Assembly: GCF_009914755.1 (NCBI RefSeq)
Contig: NC_060929.1
DNA length: 64,000 nt
Strand: one strand, 5' to 3'
DNA from: the human T2T-CHM13v2.0 reference genome, Homo sapiens
The notes under the pieces are model-generated. The model made no database searches. It saw only the letters and a list, made by a program, of their open reading frames with translations, and was not told the origin of the DNA. The position numbers and the translations under genes are program-made. Below, piece by piece: positions 12,151 to 24,760 of this stretch (positions are counted from its first letter, which is position 1; each line of letters begins with the position of its first letter).

Positions 12151-13253
12151 CGAAGGCAAAAATTTATCTCTACCCTTAAGTTGGATTGTTGGTGCATAGG
12201 GAGGAAAAAACTAATGGTATCAATATTCTCTCTTGTTCTGTTACATAAACTTTTTTCAACTAAGCCCATGAACAAAATATAATAATAAGCATATAGGATT
12301 GACCCCAAAACACAAAATAGTCAGTCTTCAGATTTAGTAGGAAACATTAACTATATCAAAAAATATTAGTGCACTGTAAAAATGCAATACTGTAGTTAAT
12401 ATTTTGAATGCCTGGAAGAAAAAATGTCTCAAACCTTTACCTGTTAACCTTAGGCAGACCTTTAGGGGAGTTATATGAGAATGCCTCTCCTTGACTCTTG
12501 TATTCTCCCTGGGTTAATGTGAACTGTCAGAGCCCCCATGTGGTAATTAGTGTCATGGAAATCCACAGGTAGATACTCAGTAAGACAGAAAGAGAGATGG
12601 CTCCTGGGGATTGCTCCCACAGTTAACAGTTGATCATATAGCCTCTCACACCCTCCCCGGCCAAGTGCAAAGTTAGAAAGCAAAGGCAGTTTCTCAGTCT
12701 TCTTCAGTGTTATCTAGTCATGATGAATCAACCTTTTCTTCTTCTTTAAGTGAAAATCTATGTGGAAATAAATTCAAAAACTATAATACAACTTGGGTAA
12801 TATTAAGTGAGTGTTTAGAATGTATAAATACCTTTTTGAAGTTTATTAATTCTGAGTAGAAACCAAAGACACAAATTAAGGTGTTTGATAAAGAATAAGT
12901 TTGTTAGTATAATTTCAAGAAATAAGCTATCAAGAGACATAAGCTTTTTGGTCATCAACAGGTTCTCCAGCTCTAACACCTCCGCAGCAAATATGAGCTT
13001 AGGAAGTTAGGGAAACAGTCCTGGGACTCACAGAAAATTTTGAGTACCGCTCTGTGGTAATTGGCTCACCCTTTTGCTAACATTGGAATAATAGCTCAAA
13101 TTATCAATATCGTACTTGAAAAGTCGCTTGCTATAACCAGCTAGGAGACATAATGCAAAGAGACCTCACCCAAAAGAAAAAAATTAACAAGAAATGGGCA
13201 AGACCAAAATTTGGAAATCTATAAAACTATATATCTATTTAAAATAAAGACTT

Positions 13254-13528
<275 letters not shown>

Positions 13529-13879
13529 TTATCATGTTCTGGCCACATTAGTGAAGGCATCAACACACTTTTTATCCCACTATCTAAAATGTCAGATGCA
13601 AAGGAATGTGTTTGTCAGAAACAAAAAAAGTCTTGTTTTCTTGTTTGCTTATTTATTTTCTGTCTTTGAATGCTAAAATAAGCTTTTGGAAGTAGGTCCT
13701 TTTCTTTTCAGCTTTATTCAGGTCTAGCACACCCATTGTAAGAATCCTTAAATGTAAAGAGTCCTTATAACCCAATACATAATATAAATTCTTGCACAGA
13801 AAAATAGGTAAAGACATTAAGACTCAAAAATAATAAATACAAATTGCTAACAAATAAAAAATTAAACATTAATGAATAG

Positions 13880-14430
13880 TCAAAAATATAAATGGAAAAT
13901 ACATCAGATAGCATTTTGTAAATAATTTAGTAAATATATATCAAAAAATTTAAGTTGTTTAAGCCCTTTGACCCAGTAATTATACTTCTCATGAAAGAAT
14001 AAGAGATTCATACACACAAAAAAAATAGTATGTAGATCATTCTCAGTACAGAGTTTTCTCTACTACAAAAATGGAAAAATCACCTAAATATTCACCATTG
14101 GGCTAGTGAGTAAATAAGATAAGCTATATCCATATGAACTACTCATATGAGACATTAAAAATGGAATTTTCAAAGAAAAGTAAGTTGAGAAAATATAGAG
14201 AAAATTGATGACTAAAAACAAAACACAAAAGAATACATCACTGCTTATATAGTCCTATCATTATTCAGGTGTATACGTTTGTGAACATATTAAAAAAATT
14301 GTGAACCAATAGCAGTGGCTCTCACGGTCTTACAAATTTTGTTTCCCTTAGTATGCTTTTCTTTGCATGTTTTCTGCTCTACACTAAAAATTACATTACT
14401 TTTATGATTTTGAAATTCAACAAAGTGATT
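13880..14430 (+). mobile_element. Ancient L1M (L1ME-like) 3' fragment
   Basis: CCCTTTGACCCAGTAATTATACTTCT..CACCTAAATATTCACCATTGGG..AGTAAATAA. Confidence 0.65.
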
Positions 14431-16789
14431 ATTTTCATTGAATATTTGTTTATTTATAAAAAATAACCCAGAACATGCTGTGAAGACCACAGACACACTT
14501 TATAAAAGGAAATGTTGTCTGGTGTGCATATTCTGATGGTTTCATTGGAGGGAGTTTACTTTCCTGCATATTTCTACCAAGATTTAGGTTGAACCATGCA
14601 ATTTTTTAATTTTCTATATTGTTGTCTTTCTTTTCTTCTTTTTTTCTTTTTTTGGCACATATGCTGCTTAGTTTATTTTTTTCTTAGGTTAAAATGAAAG
14701 TATTTTATTAATGTATTCTGCTACCATGGAACCAATCTCTTGCTTTAGAAAGAAATATGATTCATGAACATGAATGGTAACTGAATGTCCAGTTAGTCAC
14801 ATTAGAGTCCTTACATTTATTCACCAAAAAATGTAGATATTATGGTTGTTTTAGACCTTTCTGGATGTCAAAATATCTTTACCATCAAAATCCTGTTAAT
14901 AACAAAAGATAATCTTTGAGCATTTAGAACACAAAAAAGGCTCAGAAGAATTTTTCTCAATGCCGTATAGACCTTTCATTATTATTGATACTAGTTGAAC
15001 CTGGAAATTGTTTTAAATGCGGCTTCAATTAGCTAAGCCACACTTACATCAATAACAACATTTATGCATTCTTTCAGTTTTAACACCTCATAGGCACTTT
15101 CATTCACCAAATTATAAACTATCTCCTAAATTTAATGGTCAATGTTTATACTCATTTCCAACTTCAATTTTTATGGCAAAGTTATTGCCACATTCACTTA
15201 ACTTCACACAGCCACACTTGAGTTACTGTGATTTTCCAAATCCATCCAGGGCAGCTACTGGGATTAATGCAAATATTTTCAGATATAAAATATCCCAATG
15301 CATAGAATCCAGTTTAAACTTGCTTATAATCACAAAGGTCTTGGGTTGTTGACTGAGTTTCGGACAATATATGTAAGATCATCTACTGAGTGGAAAATCT
15401 CAATTTTCATGCAATCTAGACTGTGCTATACAATCTTCAAAATAATGAATTTGAAGGCAACAATGTTTTTCTAGGCCATAGTGGGCTAACTCTCTTTTTC
15501 TTCCTGGCAGAGTCCTATGATTACTACCACAACCTGAGAATTGACTTGGACAGAATAATCTTTTCTGTCACAATTTTAGGTGTCTAAAGAAATAAGCTCC
15601 TATTCTTCAGATCCTTTTATTTTTCCCTTTATCTTCCAAAACAATAGCAAGGGCAAGTTTAGTAGCAAAACTTTTTCTCAAAATGCTGATGGCCCAAGCC
15701 ACACCAAGTCTACATGTGGTAGGAGAAATCATCTCAAGGGGAAAGTATCTTAAACTGGTTCTTCAAGAAAGAAAAGCAAAAGGCAGTGATTAAAACTTTT
15801 TGGGAGATGCTAACCCTGATGTCATGTGAAGGTGAGAGAAAAGAAGTAAGACAAAGGAAAATGAAACTAGTTTGCTATGATGTTGTACCACGCTCGTCAC
15901 TGTTTACCAATGAGCTTCAAAAAGACATGGTGACTTACCTAGTCTTGCATTATTTGGTACTCAGAACTTGTCTGTAACTTTTGCAAGAAAAAAGTAAGCA
16001 TTTCGCAAGAAAAAAGAAAGAAAAAGGAAGAAGTTAATGTACCTTGACTGCTTTCGGTCCCCTGTTATGTACTGGTCAAGGTTCACTTCACATACAGCAA
16101 GTTCCTCACACTTCCAAGCTACATCTTCCAACCCTTGCATAGCCATACAGGAAGACGTGTGGTGAGGATTTTCATTCAAGTCAAAAAGTGAATGGGAGAA
16201 CAACAGAGGCAGAATATTGATCAAGGAAAAAAAAGGAACATGTGGGAATCTGAAAAGTGATCTGAGCTTTGTGTCTCCATACAAAGACAACGCTTTTCTA
16301 TGCAGTTTTCTCACATGCAATGAGCTGCAACTTTTCATGTTCAAGTACTTGAATTCCAAAACACTCTTCTTCATGATAGGCATATTAGAAAGGCAGGGAT
16401 TTAAGATTTGTAGGGAATGAAATACGATGACTGTCTAAAGAACATAATCAACTATCTTAATATGTAAAATCTTATATATAAAATAATATATCAGTAAAAA
16501 AACATTTGTTTTTGACTAGAAAAGATTCAAAAGTATTCAAAAACACTTTTTAAGAAACTACAGCAAATCTATGTTTTTTTGGTGAGATTGCTCACTCATC
16601 TAAAGTTGTATCATTATATAAAAGTATAGTTTTAAAATAAGGCTTGGAATTAGTGCGATAAAATATATTGAATTACGGAATTTTAGGCGTGTTCTATTAT
16701 GCTAGCATTATCAACATGGTAAGTCAAGAAAAATAATGTTGCTTGTTGACTCACCAAAATAAATCACATCATATTTTGTGGCTTCTAAT

Positions 16790-17340
16790 TATAAGAACAA
16801 TACAATGTTAATTTAATTTGAAAAATTTAGAAAAGTAAAATGAAGTTATTAAATCACCCATTCACACTCCAACCATCAATTTTAATGCTTGTTAATATTT
16901 TAATGTTTCAATCTTTTTATCTAAGTATATATATATTTCATATGGCCAGGAATACTTTAAATTGATATTACAGAAAATATGTAATTTTGCGTCTTACTTT
17001 GTCACTTAACTTTTTTATCATATGACCATATATAATCTCCAAAAATAACAATTTAAATAGTTATGTAGCATCTCCCCAATAACAGATATTCTGTAACATA
17101 TGTAACCATTCTCTTATTAAATACAAGTCATTTATATATATTTATTATTAGAAATAAAATTACAATGCATCCTATTGTCTGAATTTTCATTAGTTTTCTA
17201 GGGAGCGGTTTATAGAAAGAAAAATAAAAGGCCAAAGAATCCGAGTTTCTGGGGAATTGTTAATGTACATTACCATTTTTCCCCCAGAAAGTTTGTTCCC
17301 ATTTACATTCTTGTAAGCAGTATATAGAAATGCCTCAACA
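16790..17340 (-). mobile_element. Ancient L1M (L1ME-like) 3' fragment
   Basis: TAACCATTCTCTTATT..CCAGAAAGTTTGTTCCCATTTACATTC..AGCAGTATATAGAAATGCC. Confidence 0.6.
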
Positions 17341-20300
17341 AAAATGTTAGACAGATTCCCCAGATTTTAATATTATGTTTAGATAAAAGTCCATTCAACC
17401 AAAAATCAACTAACTGCAAATTTCTATGAAAATTTACATTTCTCTCTAGCTCACTGAAATCATGAGATAAAGAGAAGGAATAAACACTCTCCATTAGTGA
17501 ATGAATTCTCCCTTAGTGAATTCTCCACTCTCTCATAAGGAGCTTTGCAGGTTTTGAGAAGCTTCCTGCAGTTGGCTGCCATCGACTCCTCCTCCAAGGA
17601 CCTCTGTTAGTGTCAATTCAGCCTCTGCATTGTGCCTTGCCCCACAGGTGGTTCTGTGAAATGGTCCAATACCTCAAGAGGGAAAGGCTCCCTTTGTTCC
17701 CATTGGCCCTTGTCACCGGATGGAGTTGTAGCTTACTTTCTATTCTGCCCTTTCTCTAGTGCTGTGCTGCCTTCTGAATTCTCCTACAAAAAGCAGTGGC
17801 CAGGTCGTATGGTCCTTACATTCCAGGAAATTGTAAAGCTCTTCAAACTCTTCAAATTATAAAACTCTTCTCTTGAAGACAACCCCTTTTCTTGGCAAAG
17901 AGGTAAGAGAAAATACCATAAAGAGGAGGGGTGGGATTAGAGGAGTAAATGGACCTTACAACTTCTCTTTTGTAACCTAGAGATTAACAACAGGCTAAAG
18001 CTTGCAGATCCAGTTTCACAATGTTTTTTTGCACATGCTGTAGAGGTGATGCAGCAGCTTCCTGATGTCCAGGGTTTTGGTGTATATTAAATTGAGACTT
18101 CTGCTTAATCTCCAAGACAACAGGAAGGGTAACATTTAGCATAATCTTAAACACCTACATAGTAGTTATTTATGTATGCACGATACCCATATACATCTAT
18201 ACATTTACATACAAGAGCACTCAGAGTTTATTATATCTATTTATCATATTATAGAGATAGATACATTTGGAGGAGAGGAAGAGCCCAGGACAGGGAAAAG
18301 TTAACTAATTTCATACAATATTTAAAGCCTAGGATATGAATTGGTGCAGTATTAAATCTTCAACTGGTGTTAACTTAATTATGTCTTTTACATACATTAA
18401 TTGTAAGATTTTGAAAGTTTATTCCTAGCATCTCTATCTGTTGCTACACTCTCACTTCTCATATAGGACCTAACTGAATGTGTTGAGATACCCATGAATC
18501 TGCTCCTCTGATCACAGTTCTGATGACATGCAAAAACTACCTTGTAAGTATATTTCTTTAGGTAGTGAAACTATTGAGAAAAACTGAAGAAGCATCTTGT
18601 ACTAAAATTACCTTCAAATTATGGGTAACTCCAGTTCAAATATCTAGTTTTTTAAAATCCAGGGATCAAGAGAAGCATCTCCATGAGGGCCTAATGCCTA
18701 TAAGAAAATATCAGAGCGGGGACATTCTGAAGGTTTGTATCTGACCTATCTTTGGTTTTAATCACTGAAGTTCTCGACGTTTTAATAAGTTGAAGGTGCT
18801 GGGTCACAGTCTAACTTAATAAGGCCCGCCACAGAGAGTTGGTCACCTCTGATTGCTCCCATAAGTCTTAGCACATCTGGTACACTGTCCTTGGTTGAGA
18901 AATGTTTTCCATAACTTTTCTCTTGTTCACTACCCTGCATATAAATTGTTTTTATTAACCTGAGAATGATACAGCACTGTATATTTGTGTGAGCTTTTGC
19001 CATTTTCAGCTTTATCCTATGGAAAGAGAGTTGATTGTTTCCTCCAAAATGGAATTAAACACTGTTTATCACCAATGTCTTCTCTTCTATTTTTCTACCC
19101 TTATTTAATATGGGTCAAACTAACCTTCAGTCTGACATGAGATTAAAGAACTAAACATTGTAACAAGACTCTTTGAGACAATTTACAATATGCCATACTT
19201 GCGGGAAGAAAAGAACAGAATAAAAACTATAGATCATTTTAAAAGAATTTTACACAAGACAACATATCCAGATGTAAATATCTAGGGTATTCAATTGTAT
19301 ATGGAAATGTATATAGTTGGATGATTGGCACATTCTTTTGTCCAAATGATAAACAAATTGATAGATAATCTCTGCTTTATTTTAATATATATTACAAATC
19401 TAATGAAAGTCATACTTCTGCTCTCTTTGCAATTTCCCATATGGGTAATAGTAGCATAGAAGTTTATCCAGATGGATGAAACTACGGTTTTATAGTACAG
19501 TGTTCCATCTGTATCCCCCAGCTTAACCTTAGTCATGGAGAATGCATCTCAGAGCCATTATACTGAAATAAAGAAAATTGTGTCTTTATAAAAAAAAGTG
19601 AGCCAAAAAGTAATATGACTTTATTTTTATTAAGATAATTCTGCAAGTGGAAGTAGTTTATGCTGGAATTCATCTTGTTTCCATGAGAGCCAAAATATTT
19701 GCATACCGGAGTCATCTGCCATCCCATCACTGACACATCTTTTGAACAAAAACAATGTTTGAACTCTTCTCTGATTTAATGCCGTCTAACCTGAATTCAT
19801 GCACAAATAAAATATTGTTTACACAGTATTACATCAAAAATGTTAAAAAGAAAGAGGGGGCAGCTAGTGCTGTGAAAAAGATAGCTAGTCATTCTATTAG
19901 ACATAAGATAAGACTAGTTCAGATCACAATCAGGTCAGTCTCATGATAGAATAGTTAGAGGACCTCCCACATCAGACTGATAGCAGTTTTGGAAAGAGCA
20001 AAAGCAATGTTTTAGATGTGCTACTTTTAATTTGCATACTGAAATGTTGAATAAAAAGCTGTCCAATTTTTTTTCTGTCATACTATATGTCACTAATATA
20101 AATTTCTGTATGAAACAATGGTTTTGTCATGTCGCTTCAATCTTAGCAAGACTAAACTATTACTCTTGGGTGTTCTTAAGCCCCTCAATCACCTAACAGC
20201 TCCACAGTTTTTTGTTTTGCTTTGTGTTGCTGTTTTGACTACTCAGTTGCTCTTTCAGAATTTCCTTCAACTTCACCTCATACAACTCATTTGTAAAGGA

Positions 20301-21309
20301 AGTTTCATGTGACTCCAACTTAAGATGCTTAGGTAAAGATTTTAAGCAGCTTTAAATACTCATGTGGATCCAGGTACCAGACACATCTACATGCAAATAT
20401 CACCAAAATCTATCTGCTATTCTTCACATTTTCTCTCATTCCAGTCAAATGGAATGCCTTACAGACATCCCTAACCAGACATTATTAAAATACAGTGTTT
20501 TTTGTAGTTTTTACCCTGTACGCTAATGAAAAATATTATCTCCATTACACTATTTGCTGTCTAATCACTTAGCTATCTAATCTCTTGCACATTTAATGAA
20601 TTTATTTTATGTTTTGTATAGCATTGCTCACATCTCACACCATAACTGTCTTTTGTCAGACTTTGAGGATACCCGTTTGGGATATTCACAGAATCCTATG
20701 GTTCTAATTTGCAATCGTAACTGCATAGTGGCTGAGCATGAAAGAGGGTTGGAGTCCTTCTATGCTATCTCTCACTGTCTCTCACATTTGTAGCTCCCTG
20801 CCCCCCACCCCCCCTGCAGAAAAAGAGAAAACCTCAAGGTGGCAAAGACAGAACTAGAGCACTTGTAACTAGATTTGAAGTTTACAGCTCTCACTGCAAA
20901 AGCTTGTACTTAGAATCCATAAGAACTGCTATAAATTAGTTATCAGCAAAAAAGCAGTCTTAAGAGTATCACTACTCTCCTCGCTCCTTAGGTCTTCCAG
21001 GGGATTCTGTGCCACGTAGATGTTTACACTCTGTTTCAAAACTGTCAGAATTCCCTGTCCTCATCCCTTACCCTGTTATCCCTCCTTCTTTTCTGGGGCA
21101 CAGTTTCTTACATTGACTACATCTGTTCATCATGCTTTGCCTAGAAGCCATCCCATAAGCATTCTCTTCCAATCTCCTACAGCCATTTTAATTTCATCTC
21201 CCTCCATTTAGAAAGTTCCTAAAGATTTACTTTCCTTAACATCTCAAAATAGTTCATTTTCTCCATCAATGTTGATGGTATCCTGCTGATTATAAAAACA
21301 ACAAACATT

Positions 21310-22140
21310 GTAGTACTGCCTCTGAGTCGGTTGCTCTGAATGGGCTCTGACCAGCATCATGTATATGCATCCTGACAGCACTTTATACATCACTTGTCCT
21401 TCAGCTCACTATGACCTATTGCATGGGTAGGGGTTTGCTACAACCAAATGACGAAGAATACAAGAATTTGGGGCTTTTCATATATGTTGGTGGTAGTCAA
21501 AAATGGACTGCCATTATATTACATTTCCACTCAGAATGTGTCTAAAGGACAGTGTTAAGGGAAAGCTTACACTGGCAGAGATAAAAGCAGTAGGCTTGGT
21601 CATTCACATAATAGAGAAAAGTGACCTGAGGTATGGTAAGATATGAACTCATGGATAGTGGGAAGTACCTTGGTCATAGGCAGAGAAGTAAAGTTGGAGA
21701 ATTATAGATAAGGAAGGCTTGAGTATAGATAAAGATAGGCTTTGAGGATAGGTAGAAAGCCTGTAGCTCTTTGTGTACCCCATTAATCCTTACCTAAAAA
21801 TGTCCACCATATTGAGTGCAGAGTAGACACTCAGTAACAGATGGATAGGATGACTTGTCCTGTGGATATCAGCCAGCTTGTTTTCTTGACTACTAAATGT
21901 GCTTGTGCAATGGAACCATGAACAGAATAGTCATGGTGGCAGGGCTGGAGGCTATGCATGACCTTCTCCTCACCAAAGCTATTCTAGTTATTGTCATTTC
22001 TTAATGTCTACGAGCAGTAGGAACTTAACCTGAACCTGTGGTAGAGCACCATTTCTTAAAGCGACCACACACTCGGTGACAGGTGGATTAAATTGAAACT
22101 CTGTTTCCTTCAGGCATAAGCAATTACTTCTTATTAGAAT
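21310..22140 (+). mobile_element. Ancient ERVL-class internal fragment (pol RNase H to integrase N-terminus)
   Basis: Fragments translate to KWTA, KDSVKGK, QMDRMTCPVDISQL and QWNHEQNSHGGRAGGYA (21908-21958; compare ERVL QWAHEQSGHGGRDGGYAW), then LTKA and *QVD*I. Confidence 0.85.
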
Positions 22141-22875
22141 CTTAGAATCTAGGAGAGGAATTAGAGAAGAAAAGAAGGTGAGGGAAGTATTCTAGGCGGT
22201 AGTATCAATATGAGAGAAGGTAAGAAAATGCTCCCTTATTTCTAATTCTCCAACTTTACTTCTCTGCCTGTGACTGATACTCCAAACGTAAAAAAGCTCA
22301 TGGTCTGTTTCAGCAACTGAAAATAGTTTGGATAAAAGTTCAGAGAGATGGTAAGAGATGAGGCTGAGAAGAGAAGCAAAAACCAGTTCAAGAAGCCTTA
22401 AAGAGTCCTTCAAACCACAAAGGAATTTTTGGGTCCCCTATCACACTGACAACCTGAAAGAGATAAATATCATTTTTCAGTATGCCTCTTTTTTTAAGCA
22501 ACATTAAATTCTAAGATAAAGCATGAGATTTCTTCATCTGAAGGCGGATTTGTTTCAGGCCTTCAAGGCATAAACTTCTTTTTTGTGTGTCGCCTGCATA
22601 CCCCCCTCCATAAAAGTGATATTAGAGACCTGACAAATGTACTAAACACATGAGGCTTTTATCCTCAGTGGCCTCATATATTTCATAGTTGGAGGGTATG
22701 TTAAAGGACATCTATTTCAAGTTTCTTCTTGATATTTCTATTTTTAATCTTAAAAATTTACTCCATTTCCTGTAAGAAATATAAAAACAAAATAATGAAA
22801 AATAAGGATCAAATTTAAACCTTCATATAAATTGAGAGTCTGTCAAAACTTTTAAGTTATAAGCATGTAAAATTC

Positions 22876-23090
22876 AGGAAATGGAAACCAAAATGTCTTC
22901 AGTGGCCAGATAAATAAAGAAAATTAATAAAATGGAACTAGTGGACAGTGATAGGGTGATATAAAAATTTAATGAATCAGATTGAATGTGCTTCTTTTAA
23001 AGACAATCAAATTCTTTTTTTAAATGAGATACATGTCTGTGAACTTATTTTTGGATTCTAATACATGGTACCAAGCTGTATAATAGTTGG
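22876..23090. mobile_element. Possible hAT-Charlie non-autonomous element (MER102-like)
   Basis: CAGGAAATGGAAACCAAAATGTCTTCAGTGGCCAG..ACATGTCTGTGAAC resembles MER-type ends but is highly diverged. Confidence 0.35.
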
Positions 23091-23259
23091 TGGTTACTGA
23101 AATTAGATGATGACCAAAATTACTGGACAATCTACTAAAATGTTCAAATTTCTGTGATCTGGATCTGCCTCTGGAATTCTTGATTGTGTGTGATTTTGTT
23201 TTATTTGGTTCAGTTTTACAGTTTATCTCTTTGGTCAGAGGAATCACGGACTTAGGTGC

Positions 23260-23372
23260 ATTTATTCAGCAAATAGCTTATTTTAATATTTGTCAGGAAG
23301 TGTTCTGAGTGCTAGAAATACAGTAGTGAAAAAGCTTGTTTTCCTAATCTCATGATGTTTATATTCTAAGCA
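23260..23372 (-). mobile_element. L2 3' end
   Basis: ATTTATTCAGCAAATAG..TGTCAGGAAGTGTTCTGAGTGCTAGAAATACAGTAGTGAA..CTCATGATGTTTATATTCTA. Confidence 0.7.
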
Positions 23373-24507
23373 ACATCGTAAAAATCATTATGTTTCTATT
23401 CTTAATGGCAACCTGGTCAACTTAGTTCTGTTCACCATATAGCCAAGGATGAATTATATCAGGAAAACCTACAAATTCATTATTGATTAAAACAAAACCA
23501 TCAAATCAGATTCTTCCAATCTTTCATTAGTTTTGAAGTAGTAATTCTACTGGATAGTTTATTTATACAAGTCAGTTCTGTAAATCCAGTCTTATAAAAT
23601 TACGAGGATAAAATAGCTTGCATAAGTTTATTCAATTAATAGTAAATTATTCATTGCATTTTCAATACCACTCAAAATAGGGTGGAAAAAACAAACTAAA
23701 ATTAACTAAGAGATGAGATCACCCATTGTCTTTATTCTGTGAACTTGACATAAATATAATACATACTTTTCCTACAGCATCTCTGAGTGCTGGCCTTCTA
23801 TAATGTTTTTCTTTCCAAAGAAGGGGTGCTCATAGGAGAGAGATTTAGAAACTAGAGTAAAAAATAAAAACAAATCATTTAAGACCAGGATTTCATGGTC
23901 TTTTTCCATGATACAACTTTCCCCAAAAAACTGGCAATTTTTCTTTTGAGTCATTGAACAGTTTCTTCCACTTCCACCCATCCCAGTCTTATCCCCTGGG
24001 TGGTCAGCATACTGTCTGCTTAAAAACAGCTGGGAAAGAAAACACCCTGAATAACTTCCATTTTGGTATAAAAATTACATCTCCCAAGAGACTTGAAGCA
24101 TTGTAGTCCTGACTTGCTCACCTAGACCAACTGTTGTGGCTGCTCACCCCAAAGAACCCACCAATAAGGAAATTAGAAAAACCCTGGAATGTGTTTTGTG
24201 GCCAGGATAAACTTATCTAAAGGGCAAGAAAGAGACTGTCCATTTCATTTTTCAGGCTAATTCCTACCACATGCAAAGCCTATTCAACACTCAGACATAA
24301 CCAAGATTTCTTTTTTTTTTTTTTTTTTACATTTTTGGCTGCACACAAATTTCAGGTGGACACTCCTTTATCCAAGGCTCTTGGTGGAAAACAGAAATAA
24401 AATGCTTTTCCTTTTGAAGTGGTTGATATAATATCCATGAAGATGGAACCATGCAGCATTAACTAGAATTATTCTCTTCTTAGATCTAGTTCTTTCTTCC
24501 CATGTAT

Positions 24508-24760
24508 TTTGTTTGTTCAGACATTTTATTCAGTACCTAGTATGTGAAAGACACTAAGTAAAGTGCTTCATTTTTTTGTTTGATCTAGAAAAATAAAATC
24601 TTTCAATAGATGAGTCGTTCATAGAAATTACAGTATTATCATGCTTCTTCCAGGAGATTGTTACATTTTTATTTAGGGAAGAGAATTCATTGGAAAAATT
24701 CAAACGCATAATCTACATAAAATGGGATACTCTATAATCATATAATGGGAGAAAAAAAGC
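24508..24760 (-). mobile_element. L2 3' fragment
   Basis: TTTGTTCAGACATTTTATTCAGTACCTAGTATGTGAAAGACACT. Confidence 0.5.

Noticed and set aside
15961-16383. 140-aa - strand ORF as a novel gene
   Set aside because: No recognisable domain, a low-complexity Phe-rich end from a T tract, and a length compatible with chance.
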